Below are positions 39,066 to 49,177 of a DNA stretch of 64,000 bases, one piece after another (the stretch's first letter is position 1; every line of letters starts with the position of its first letter). Both the position numbers and the translations under genes were made by a program. The stretch is from an uncultured delta proteobacterium. Its GTDB lineage: Bacteria > Desulfobacterota > Syntrophobacteria > BM002. Under the pieces are notes generated by a model, which was not told the DNA's origin, searched no databases, and saw only the letters and a program-made list of their open reading frames with translations. The stretch is from the NCBI GenBank assembly GCA_963712115.1, contig CAVQGX010000018.1, positions 32,001 to 96,000 on the forward strand, written 5' to 3'.

Positions 39066-39713
39066 CTAAGTGGAAGATTTTTTGGCCGGATCTGGGTGGA
39101 GGCATTCAGATGGTAAGGATCGTGAAACGGCTCGTATCTGATCTCCAAGTTTTTGACCAGACTCCTCATGGTCAATTCTTTCCAAAAAAGCATTGGCAAA
39201 ACGGAAAAAAGGACCCTTATAGTCAGTGCTGTCTGGAGGACGACTCAATCCTGCCTTTTTGCCAGTCGTTAAAACGTAGATCTTAATAAGGTCTTCAATC
39301 AGAGCTTTTAAGGCGATTTTTGGTGCCCCTCTTTTATCATGGGGAAGATTGTCGAGAGCAAAGTCCGCTGCATTTTTGAGACGATGTACGTCCACTTCAA
39401 TTGCCTCCAAATCAGAAACGCTCAATTTCATAGCAGCCCGAGCCGTGGGACTTAACCCCTTGAAGATATCAACTAATTTTTGACTTTGACGACTTACTTT
39501 TCGAAGATCGTCTCTCACAGGAGCAAGGCGTTCTTTGGTATCAAAAGTTTGCTTAGCCGAGAGATACTTGCGTGCAGCGTCATTGAGTTTTTTCTTGAGT
39601 TCAGCAGTATATGGAACTCCGAGCACCTGTGCTATTTTGTTTAGGTCTTTTTTGGTAAAAGGATCATTCGGGTAATCAGTAATCCCAATAAAGCGTGCTC
39701 TTTTTGAAGTCAT
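39066..39713 (-). CDS. Hypothetical element protein (first gene after the structured RNA)
   Basis: 215-aa intact ORF. Confidence 0.7.
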   Translation of the reverse strand: MTSKRARFIGITDYPNDPFTKKDLNKIAQVLGVPYTAELKKKLNDAARKYLSAKQTFDTKERLAPVRDDLRKVSRQSQKLVDIFKGLSPTARAAMKLSVSDLEAIEVDVHRLKNAADFALDNLPHDKRGAPKIALKALIEDLIKIYVLTTGKKAGLSRPPDSTDYKGPFFRFANAFLERIDHEESGQKLGDQIRAVSRSLPSECLHPDPAKKSST

Positions 39714-39742
39714 CGCTGTCCCTTGCGAATTATCCCAGAGGG

Positions 39743-39799
39743 AGTGTGGCCAGGCGCTGGGACTGAGCGCTCTTCGGATCCGGAATCCTAGGCCACACT
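39743..39799 (-). ncRNA. Candidate structured RNA (three-way junction) of the integrated element
   Basis: AGUGUGGCC/GGCCACACU outer stem enclosing GGAU/AUCC and GCGCU/AGCGC hairpins linked by GAAGA; starts just after a sigma70-like promoter. Confidence 0.55.
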
Positions 39800-39802
39800 A
39801 TT

Positions 39803-39831
39803 TTTGTAGCATTTTACCAACCACTTTGCAA
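39803..39831 (-). promoter_or_regulatory. Sigma70-like promoter of the element
   Basis: TTGCAA-N17-TACAAA. Confidence 0.5.
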
Positions 39832-39933
39832 AACATGGAAAAAGGTTGCGTATAGGGCGCAAAACAGGTACAATTTTGTCCACCTTTTTAGGGATTGATC
39901 CTTGTGATTTCAATTACTTACGTGATCTGGGTT

Positions 39934-39951
39934 AAAACCGATGTTTCTTTA
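39934..39951 (+). repeat. attR core AAAACCGATGTTTCTTTA (displaced original pfk 3' end)
   Basis: Identical to 24879-24896 and followed by CTAA (TAC TAA = Tyr-stop). Confidence 0.92.
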
Positions 39952-40057
39952 CTAACCTCAGGTAGCAAAGACGGGAGGGTAAACCAAGGGCAGTCACAAA
40001 CAGAACGTCAATATTCAAGCACAATGTGGCGCAAGGCTTAAGCAACTGTGTTGCTTG

Positions 40058-41185
<1,128 letters not shown>

Positions 41186-41360
41186 AACATACAAGGCGCA
41201 GGGTGCACGGCGAATTCATAGAATCCATTAGCCAGTAGCCAGTAGTCAGGAGCTGAAAGGGACTCGTTTCAGTTCTTATCTTGTGAATACTGGATGCTGG
41301 CTCTTTCACCTTATGCCTCGAGCCTTGCACCTTGTGCCCTAGCATGGGGGAGGAGAAAGC

Positions 41361-43628
41361 GTGACCACAAAAGCTGTTATTGAAGGACAACTAAAAAAAG
41401 AGCGGCTTCTCAACCGTATCACCCATCAGCTACACGACGCCAGGGACTTGGATGAGATTTTACTTTATTTAAAAGATGAAATTATTGCCCTTTTTGATGC
41501 AGAAAGAATCACCGTTTACGGTGTTGATACTGAAAAGCGAGAGATTTTTTCCAAAATAAAAGAGGGTGACGAGGTTAAAGAGATCCGGCTAAACCTTGAA
41601 AAGACCAGTGTGGCTGGTCACACTGCGGTTTCCGGTAAGACCTTCAATGTTGCAGATGTCTACGACTCAGATGAACTCAAGAAGCTAGATGCAGATCTCA
41701 AGTTCGATGATCACTGGGATCAGATCAGCGGATTCAAAACCCGGCAGCTACTCTCTGGTCCCATTTTATACAACAAGTATTTGAAAGGGGTACTTGAGGT
41801 AATCAACAAGGTCGGAGGCGATAGATTTTCTCCAGAAGATGAGAAATATATGGGAGAAATATGCAAGGTGTTGGGGCTCGCCTTCCACAACCAGAGCCGC
41901 ATACAAAGACAACCTTCTAAATTTGACTACCTATTAACCCAACAGATTATCAGTGAAGATGATCTCAACAAGGCTATAGCGAAAGCTAGAGAACAAAAAG
42001 GTGACTTGCCCACCGTTCTGGTCCACGATTTCAACGTGTCCAAGAAGGCTCTAGCCAGGTCGTTTGAAGACTACTATGGTGTCCCCTTCGTCTTCTACGA
42101 AGACAGAATCATCATTCCCTCGGAACTGGTCAGGGGTCTCAATCTCGGATATCTGAAAAGGAATTTCTGGGTGCCCATTCAAAAAGAAGACGGCAAAATG
42201 ATAATAGTAATCGATGATCCGCACAACGCTGAACGGGTTAAAGAGATCAAAAATCTCATGCATGCTGAGGAATATGAGTTCAGGGTGGCGCTGAGGGAAG
42301 ACATCCTTAGCTTCATTGACACTGCTCTCGGCGACGAGGCAGAATCCACTTCGGTCAGTACGATTCTCGGCGAGCTCGAGGGTGAACGTGGGTACAGGGA
42401 AGAAGAGGAAGATGAACTATTGAATGAGAGTGATGCGGGTATAGTCCGACTGGCCAACCAGCTCATAAAAGATGCATATGATCAGGGCTCCTCAGACATC
42501 CACATAGAGCCCTACTTCGGCAAGCAGCCCACAGAGATTCGCTTCCGACGGGATGGAGCCTGCTACAAGTACATGGACGTTCCCCACACCCACTCCAGGC
42601 CCTTGGTGAGTCGGGTCAAAATTATGGCTAAACTGGACATTGCCGAAAAGAGGTTGCCACAAAGCGGCAAAATAAAGCTCAAGTATGGCAAGAGGGATGT
42701 GGAACTGCGGGTGGAAGTTACACCTACCGCCGGTGGAAGAGAGGATATTGTCCTCCGGGTCTTGGCTTCTGGAAAGCCACTACCACTTGAGAAGATGGCT
42801 TTTTCAGAGCCAAATCTCAAGAAGCTGACGGATCTCGCTGAGAAACCATATGGAATAATATTGGTGGTTGGCCCGACGGGCTCAGGCAAGACTACTACCT
42901 TACACTCTGTTCTTGGACACATCAACCGCCCAGAAGTGAAGATCTGGACTGCGGAGGACCCGGTTGAGATATCTCAGTATGGCCTACGCCAGGTGCAAAC
43001 CCACGCCAAGATCGGTTACACCTTTGCGGAGGCCATGAGGTCATTCCTTCGAGCCGATCCAGATGTGATTATGGTCGGTGAAATGCGTGACGCGGAAACA
43101 GCTGCCATCGGATTGGAGGCCTCGCTTACTGGTCATTTAGTGCTGAGCACCCTGCACACCAACAGTGCCCCGGAGACTGTGACCCGCCTTATTGACATGG
43201 GGATGAATCCGTTGAATTTTGCCGATGCCTTGCTGGGTATCCTGGCCCAGCGACTGGTAAGGACTATTTGTCCGGAATGCAGAGAGGGTTACCACCCGGA
43301 GAAGCAAGAATTTGACATCTTGGCGCAAGAATATGGCGAAGATCTTTTCGAGGAACTCAACTTGGACTACAAAGACGACCTTCAGCTTTACCGCGGGCGT
43401 GGCTGTCATAATTGTAACGACAGCGGTTATCGGGGAAGAGCTGGCATACACGAGTTGCTTGTAGCCAGTGAAGAAATCAAAGAACTTATCCAGAATAGAG
43501 CCCACATGGAAGAAATTCGCAGGGCAGCTATAAACGAGGGGATGCGTACTCTCAAACAGGATGGAATTCTTAAGGTCTTCCAGGGTTTGACCGATTTTTC
43601 CCAGGTAAGAAGGGTTTGCATTATCTAG
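41361..43628 (+). CDS. GAF-domain GspE/PilB-family secretion/pilus ATPase
   Basis: N-terminal GAF; SDIHIEP, GPTGSGKTTTL, EDPVE, LRADPDVIMVGEMRD, STLHTN, CPEC/CHNC. Confidence 0.92.
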   Translation: MTTKAVIEGQLKKERLLNRITHQLHDARDLDEILLYLKDEIIALFDAERITVYGVDTEKREIFSKIKEGDEVKEIRLNLEKTSVAGHTAVSGKTFNVADVYDSDELKKLDADLKFDDHWDQISGFKTRQLLSGPILYNKYLKGVLEVINKVGGDRFSPEDEKYMGEICKVLGLAFHNQSRIQRQPSKFDYLLTQQIISEDDLNKAIAKAREQKGDLPTVLVHDFNVSKKALARSFEDYYGVPFVFYEDRIIIPSELVRGLNLGYLKRNFWVPIQKEDGKMIIVIDDPHNAERVKEIKNLMHAEEYEFRVALREDILSFIDTALGDEAESTSVSTILGELEGERGYREEEEDELLNESDAGIVRLANQLIKDAYDQGSSDIHIEPYFGKQPTEIRFRRDGACYKYMDVPHTHSRPLVSRVKIMAKLDIAEKRLPQSGKIKLKYGKRDVELRVEVTPTAGGREDIVLRVLASGKPLPLEKMAFSEPNLKKLTDLAEKPYGIILVVGPTGSGKTTTLHSVLGHINRPEVKIWTAEDPVEISQYGLRQVQTHAKIGYTFAEAMRSFLRADPDVIMVGEMRDAETAAIGLEASLTGHLVLSTLHTNSAPETVTRLIDMGMNPLNFADALLGILAQRLVRTICPECREGYHPEKQEFDILAQEYGEDLFEELNLDYKDDLQLYRGRGCHNCNDSGYRGRAGIHELLVASEEIKELIQNRAHMEEIRRAAINEGMRTLKQDGILKVFQGLTDFSQVRRVCII

Positions 43629-43778
43629 CCGAAACCTGCCCTTTCAAATATTTTCAACCTAACCGGCGTCTCCTTATAGTCAGATGTAACAGGTTATTAT
43701 TTTTACTGGAATTTAAATAGCTAAAATTGTATGTTGGGATATAGCTACATAGCTCAAAATTAAGCAAGGAGGTAGCAG

Positions 43779-44174
43779 ATGATGAGTGGTAAGAAAATTG
43801 TAATCATTGACGACGATCCGGAGATCTGCGATGCCATGAGCGAGATCCTTTCCGAATATGACTACCAGGTATTTACTGCCTTAGATACAAAATCAGGTTA
43901 CCAACTTCTTTTAGAACAAAGACCAGACCTCCTTATTCTGGATATCATGATGGCAACCATGCACGAGGGCTTGGATTTTGCCACCAAGATGAAGGAAAGG
44001 GAGGGGGTATACGGCATGCCCATAATGATAGTCTCAGCCCGGCCACCGGCAGAAAAAGGCTACGGCCGGACCCTAGAAGAAGACCTTGACTGGATACATG
44101 CAGATATTTTCATGGAGAAACCCATCGAGCCGGAAGAGCTCATCCATAATGTTAAAATCCTCTTAAAGGGCTAA
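43779..44174 (+). CDS. Single-domain response regulator
   Basis: IIDDD, LILDIMM, EKP. Confidence 0.9.
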   Translation: MMSGKKIVIIDDDPEICDAMSEILSEYDYQVFTALDTKSGYQLLLEQRPDLLILDIMMATMHEGLDFATKMKEREGVYGMPIMIVSARPPAEKGYGRTLEEDLDWIHADIFMEKPIEPEELIHNVKILLKG

Positions 44175-44269
44175 GTCTGAAAGGCTGTTATTTTTCAGAC
44201 AGTGGTAGTTTTTAACAGAGAAACATGGGGCTCTCACGGGATCGTGTAGCCAGGAGAGAGCTAGGCACG

Positions 44270-46150
44270 ATGAAAATTTTGCTGATTGATAATAACGTGC
44301 AAACCAGGACAGACCTGGAAGTCGCCGTGAAGAAAGACGGATATGATTTTTTTGCCGCTAGTGAAGGTGGTGAGGGGCTGGAGATTTTTATCCGGGAACT
44401 GCCGGATATAGTCGTCTTGGACATGGGCCTGACTGATATAGATGGCATTGCATTAGTGAAGAAGATAAAAGAGCAAAACCCTGATGTTCAAGTCATTGTC
44501 ACTAGTGAAAGCTTTGAACTGGACCTGGCGATTCAGGCGCTGCAATGTGATGTAACCGATTTAGTCAAGAAGCCAATAAGGAAGGAAGCTCTGGCCGCTG
44601 CCCTTCGGCTCTCAGAAGAGAGGCTCTGGAAGAGCAACAAGCTTAAAGAATATGTTGAGAATCTGGAGGGGTTGATCAAGGATACCACTGAAGAGCTGCA
44701 AAAGAGGCACGAACTCGAACACAACCTTATCCAGACCTCAATGGATGGAATCATAGCCAATGACCGCAGGGGCAACATTATAATTTTCAACGAGGGTGCA
44801 GAACGCATTTACGGCTACACTCGTGAGGAAGCGGTCACCAGCTTACATGTGACCCAGCTCTACTCCGAGGGAGTTGCCAGGAAGATCAAGAAGACGATCT
44901 ATGGGCCCGAGTTCGGTGGTCCCGGAAGATTGATCAACTATGAGACGGAAATTCTCACCAAAAGAGGTGAAACTCGTCCCATCTTGCTTTCAGCAACTCT
45001 GCTTTACGAACAAGGCCGAGAGGTGGCTACTGTGGGCTACTTTAAGGACATGCGTGAAGTAAAACGCCTCGAGCGAGAGCTCGTAACGCGCTATGAGTTT
45101 GAACACAATCTTGTCCAGACCTCAATGGATGGAATCATCGCCAATGACCGCAAGGGTAACATTATAATCTTCAATGAGGGTGCAGAGCGCATTTACGGCT
45201 ACACCTCCGATGAAGCTCTCTCGGGAATGAGTGTTACCAAGCTTTATCCCAAGGGTGAGGCCAGGAGGATCAAGAAACTAACTTATAGCGATGACTACGG
45301 CGGCCCCGGTAGGCTGCTCAACTATGAAGCAAAGGCTCTGACCAAGAAGGGCGAGTTGGTTCCAATCCTACTCTCGGCAACTTTCCTTTATGAGGAGGGG
45401 CAGGAGGTAGCCATGGTTGGCTACTTCAAGGACATGCGCCAGGTCAGGCGGTTAGAGGCTGAGCTTATCGAGAGCGAGCGAATGGCCGGCATGGGCCGTG
45501 CCACAGCGGGCATCGCCCATGGAGTTAAAAACATTCTCCACGGCATGAAACTTGGCGCTTTTATGGTGGACAAGGGGTTGGAAAAAGACAAAGCTGACTT
45601 GCTCCGTAAAGGGTGGAACCTGGTAGGCAAGAATATTAATCGCATCTCTCGGATGACTTTGGATATGCTGAGCTATGCTCGTAGTGGCCCACCGGTACGG
45701 CAAAGGTGTTCTTTAAATGATATTGTCAATGAAGTCTGCGAGTTGATGGAGGAAAAAGCTATAAGGCGACAAATCGAACTGATTTGGGATCTGGACCCAT
45801 CAGTGCCTTTGGTTGAGGTAGATGCGGAGGGTATTCATTCCTGCCTCCTGAACCTGGTGACCAATGCCATTGAGGCCTTTCCAGAAACCAGCAGTGGCGG
45901 CCAGATTACCGTGTCCAGCCGAGACGAAGCAGAGACAGGAGTGATTTTGCAGGTCAAAGACACCGGGCGAGGCATGACCAAAGAATTACAGGAGCAGGTT
46001 TTTGAGCATCTTTACAGCACCAAGGGGGCCAGAGGAACAGGTCTGGGGCTGGCCATCACCCAAAAAATAGTTCGCGAACATGGTGGCACCATTCAACTGG
46101 AGTCCGAGCCCAACAAGGGTTCCTGCTTCACCATTCGCCTGCCGAAGTAA
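44270..46150 (+). CDS. Receiver-PAS-PAS histidine kinase
   Basis: Receiver domain, two near-duplicate PAS units (384-bp period, 44717 vs 45101), AHGVKN H-box, GTGLGL. Confidence 0.92.
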   Translation: MKILLIDNNVQTRTDLEVAVKKDGYDFFAASEGGEGLEIFIRELPDIVVLDMGLTDIDGIALVKKIKEQNPDVQVIVTSESFELDLAIQALQCDVTDLVKKPIRKEALAAALRLSEERLWKSNKLKEYVENLEGLIKDTTEELQKRHELEHNLIQTSMDGIIANDRRGNIIIFNEGAERIYGYTREEAVTSLHVTQLYSEGVARKIKKTIYGPEFGGPGRLINYETEILTKRGETRPILLSATLLYEQGREVATVGYFKDMREVKRLERELVTRYEFEHNLVQTSMDGIIANDRKGNIIIFNEGAERIYGYTSDEALSGMSVTKLYPKGEARRIKKLTYSDDYGGPGRLLNYEAKALTKKGELVPILLSATFLYEEGQEVAMVGYFKDMRQVRRLEAELIESERMAGMGRATAGIAHGVKNILHGMKLGAFMVDKGLEKDKADLLRKGWNLVGKNINRISRMTLDMLSYARSGPPVRQRCSLNDIVNEVCELMEEKAIRRQIELIWDLDPSVPLVEVDAEGIHSCLLNLVTNAIEAFPETSSGGQITVSSRDEAETGVILQVKDTGRGMTKELQEQVFEHLYSTKGARGTGLGLAITQKIVREHGGTIQLESEPNKGSCFTIRLPK

Positions 46151-46152
46151 GT

Positions 46153-46313
46153 AATGTATCATTTCACATCTAACTTTTATCATTTGGTCGTTGAAGTCGT
46201 TCGAATCGTTAAACCCGTTGAAATCGTTCAAATCGTTGAAATCGTCAAACATTTCGAAATCCGCAATCTACAATCCAAAATCTAAAATCTCCCCTATACT
46301 CTATGCCCACTGC
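46153..46313. repeat. Nonamer (TCGTTGAAA) and heptamer (AATCCGC) arrays
   Basis: Tandem degenerate units between convergent stop codons. Confidence 0.75.
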
Positions 46314-46805
46314 TCACTTTTTCTTCGGTATATCAAAGGTCCTACCAATAACCCTTTCCGCTGCCCCTACTTGATCTTCTGCAATGACACACATGGAGGA
46401 TGTAATGGTAGTGGCGATGCTGAAAACTGTTATTCCGGCTTGTTCTAGTGCTCCAAAAAGCAGACCGGACGTGCCAGGACGAATGTCAAAATGAGCTCCC
46501 AAGACTCGAATCACCGCTACGGAGCGCCGCAGTTCCAAAGCCTGAGGCTGCATTCTATTAGTAACCTCCTTTAGTTCGGGCTCCAGGCGGGAGAAATCGT
46601 CGTTGGCAATACAGATGATCAAGTCACGGTTAAAATCGCCGGCGCAGCCTTCGAGGACAAATTTTACTGGAACGTTGTGGCGTTCCAGCAGGTCAAAGAG
46701 CGGCCTAGTTGCCCCTGGGCGAGTAGGGAGACGAAGAAAATTAAGCTGGATCAAATCGCGCAGAATTTTGAGGGGAAAGATTTCTAAGGTCTCGGTGACT
46801 CCCAC
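46314..46805 (-). CDS. Stand-alone aspartokinase-type ACT domain protein
   Basis: PTRPGA; VIRVLGAHFDIRPGTSGLLF.AL..AGI...SIATT..S. Confidence 0.75.
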   Translation of the reverse strand: MGVTETLEIFPLKILRDLIQLNFLRLPTRPGATRPLFDLLERHNVPVKFVLEGCAGDFNRDLIICIANDDFSRLEPELKEVTNRMQPQALELRRSVAVIRVLGAHFDIRPGTSGLLFGALEQAGITVFSIATTITSSMCVIAEDQVGAAERVIGRTFDIPKKK

Positions 46806-46867
46806 GGTCGTCCCCCTTCTCGACAGAAGGTTCTTCAGTAAGGCTTTGCAGATGGCTCGCTGGCGGG

Positions 46868-47389
46868 TCAGGGTAACTCAAAGGCATCTCCCAGATAGCC
46901 GACCGCCTTCTCCACATCTTCTGTGTTGAGGACGCATGATATCACCGAACTGGCATTGTTAATAGAAAGTATGTATATGCCATTCATTCTGAGAGTGGTG
47001 AGCAGTCGTTCCGTTATCCTGGGACGTTCCTTATGCGGATAAATAGATATCACCTTCACCCGAGGGTGATACATGAAATCTCTGATCCCAAGTGATTTTT
47101 CATTCGTATCCAGTAAATCCAAGGCCTTATCGAGGAATTCAGCGTCGATGCAGAGGCATAGGGAGGTATTTCCAGCGGAGTCTTTATATTTATTGATAAA
47201 GCGTATATTAATGGAGTGTGTTCCCAGTAACTTTAGTACGGTAGCGGAAGAATCGCTATTTTCTCCCGGCAGAAGTAAGGTGACGGAAGCCAGTTCCGGG
47301 CTCTGGAGAATACCGGTGATTCTTATCCTCTCTGGTTTTGGGGCGCCTATACGGCGCATTATTTCGAGAGTTTTACTTTGCCTATCCAT
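46868..47389 (-). CDS. Stand-alone aspartokinase-type ACT domain protein
   Basis: Two ACT-like repeats ending SSVISCVL...VEKAV..L..AF. Confidence 0.72.
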   Translation of the reverse strand: MDRQSKTLEIMRRIGAPKPERIRITGILQSPELASVTLLLPGENSDSSATVLKLLGTHSINIRFINKYKDSAGNTSLCLCIDAEFLDKALDLLDTNEKSLGIRDFMYHPRVKVISIYPHKERPRITERLLTTLRMNGIYILSINNASSVISCVLNTEDVEKAVGYLGDAFELP

Positions 47390-47573
47390 GGGTAATTTCC
47401 CTAAGGGAAATTAGAGGAAAAAGGAGACCACCAAACTATCATTGGGTCATTTAACGTTGGTCATTTGAGATTAATCATTTATTATTGAGCTCTTAAAAAT
47501 TGTTTTTGCTTTAAAATGGGAGCAAACCCCATCAGTGAATGATAGATGAAGAAGCGTAAAATGACCAGGAGAT

Positions 47574-47870
47574 TTCGCATCTGTCATTCACCGTCCTCGA
47601 GCAAACGGGCAGAATTCGGAGGTCGGAGATCAGAAGTCGGAAGTCAGAGGACAGAATTTTGGATTGCGGATTTAGGATTGCGGATTGCGAATTTGGGATG
47701 TGAGATGTGGGATACGGGATGTGAGATTTCGGATTGCGAAACCGGGAACCCGCCCCAAGGGTGGGAGTCAGAAGGACAATTTCGAAATGTTTGAGGAGTC
47801 TACGATTTCTTCGGTTTCTACGGTTTCTACGATTTGAACGATTTAAACGACTAGATGACAAATGAGAAAT
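47574..47870. repeat. Mosaic of heptamer and nonamer arrays
   Basis: AGGTCGG, GATTGCG, GATGTGA, TCTACGGTT and AATGAGA modules. Confidence 0.78.
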
Positions 47871-48872
47871 GAAGAAATAATAGACTCCACCTACACCATC
47901 CGCCTTCGGGTAATGACCCTCGCCCTTGTGGTGGGTGGTTTATTGATGGCTGTCAAGTTCGTGGCTTACTTTACCACGGGCTCAGCAGCGATTCTTTCCG
48001 ACGCCCTTGAGTCTATTATAAATGTGGTTGCCAGTGGCTTTGTCCTCTACAGCATCTATTTGAGCCATCAGCCTCCTGATAAAACTCATCCCTATGGCCA
48101 CGGTAAGATTGAATACTTTGCAGTTGGTTTCGAGGGAGCACTCATCATCCTGGCGGCCGGGGCTATCCTCTACAAAGCAATCCCCGCTTTTTTCCAGGTA
48201 AGAATGCTGAGCAAGCTGGACTTCGGTATCTTTCTGGTGCTCGGAACTTCAGCTGTAAATCTTGTAATGGGGTTTTTCCTTATCCGCACCGGGCGCAGGA
48301 CCAGGTCCGCTCCTGTGGAAGCGGACGGCAAACACCTGCTCACCGATGTCTTCACCAGTGTGGGGGTGGTGATCGGCTTGGTTTTAGTTAAGGTGACCGG
48401 CTTGAACTGGTGGGATCCTTTAACCGCCTGTGCAGTTGCAGTCAATATAGTCATTACCGGTTGGCACTTGGTGAAACAGTCTTTTGGTAGACTGATGGAT
48501 GAAGCCGATCCAGAATTACTTGGAAGAATTGTTGAGATTTTAAACCAACATCGACACCCTGACTGGATAGATATTCATCAACTGCGGACTCGGCACTACG
48601 GAAATAAAGTTCACTTAGATTTTCACCTCGTTGTCCCACGAAGTCTTGGCCTTCCTGAAGCACACGTGGAGGCCAAAGAAATCGAGGAGAAAATTCTGAG
48701 CTCTCTAGTGGAAGTGGAGGAAGTCATCGTCCACGTGGATCCGTGCGAGGATCCCCTGTGCGAATGGTGTATGCGAGATAAGTGTCAGGATCGAAGCAAA
48801 GATTCTATTGGTGCAGCCGAGCCCTGGCTGGTGGAAAAAGTGGTGATGAAACGGCAGCATCGGGGGGAATGA
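47862..48872 (+). CDS. Cation diffusion facilitator (FieF-like)
   Basis: SAAILSDALES, PPDKTHPYGHGKIEY, HLLTD, VIVHVDP. Confidence 0.93.
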   Translation: MRNEEIIDSTYTIRLRVMTLALVVGGLLMAVKFVAYFTTGSAAILSDALESIINVVASGFVLYSIYLSHQPPDKTHPYGHGKIEYFAVGFEGALIILAAGAILYKAIPAFFQVRMLSKLDFGIFLVLGTSAVNLVMGFFLIRTGRRTRSAPVEADGKHLLTDVFTSVGVVIGLVLVKVTGLNWWDPLTACAVAVNIVITGWHLVKQSFGRLMDEADPELLGRIVEILNQHRHPDWIDIHQLRTRHYGNKVHLDFHLVVPRSLGLPEAHVEAKEIEEKILSSLVEVEEVIVHVDPCEDPLCEWCMRDKCQDRSKDSIGAAEPWLVEKVVMKRQHRGE

Positions 48873-48873
48873 A

Positions 48874-49177
48874 CTAGGCACTAAACAGCTGGCAGCTTGC
48901 AGCGGGCAGCTGGCAGGCAGAGGACAGAGGTCGAGAGGTCGGAAGTCAGAGGTCAGAGGGCAGAAGACAGAGGCAGTTGTTCAAAGTTTAAAGTTCCAAG
49001 TTCAATGCTAAGAGTGAAGGGTTTCCAACGCTTACGGCTCACTGCTTACCGTTTACTGTTAACGAATTGACTAGTCTACCAATTGACTAATTAACTATTT
49101 CAGCGACTTCAACTATTTGACCAAATCGCCCTGAGCCTTGCGCCCTTTGCCTTAGTGAATGAGAAATGAGAAATGAC
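48874..49177. repeat. Mosaic of at least seven short-unit arrays
   Basis: TAGGCAC, GCAGCTG, AGGTCAG, GTTCAAA, TTGACTAA, CCTTGCG and AATGAGA modules in series. Confidence 0.78.

Larger units (their letters stand above)
24879..39951 (-). mobile_element. Integrated phage-satellite-like element / defective prophage, ~15.07 kb
   Basis: 18-bp direct repeat at both ends, terminal integrase, credible genes all on the minus strand, Xis/RHH/DnaB/Rep; host heptamer repeats not seen inside. Confidence 0.9.

Noticed and set aside
24879-39951. Complete prophage or ICE
   Set aside because: No terminase, portal, capsid, tail, lysis, relaxase or T4SS genes are recognisable between the att sites
44717-45460. 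384-bp internal near-duplication as a DGR template/variable repeat
   Set aside because: It is an in-frame PAS duplication with mostly synonymous differences, not adenine-specific, and no reverse transcriptase is present
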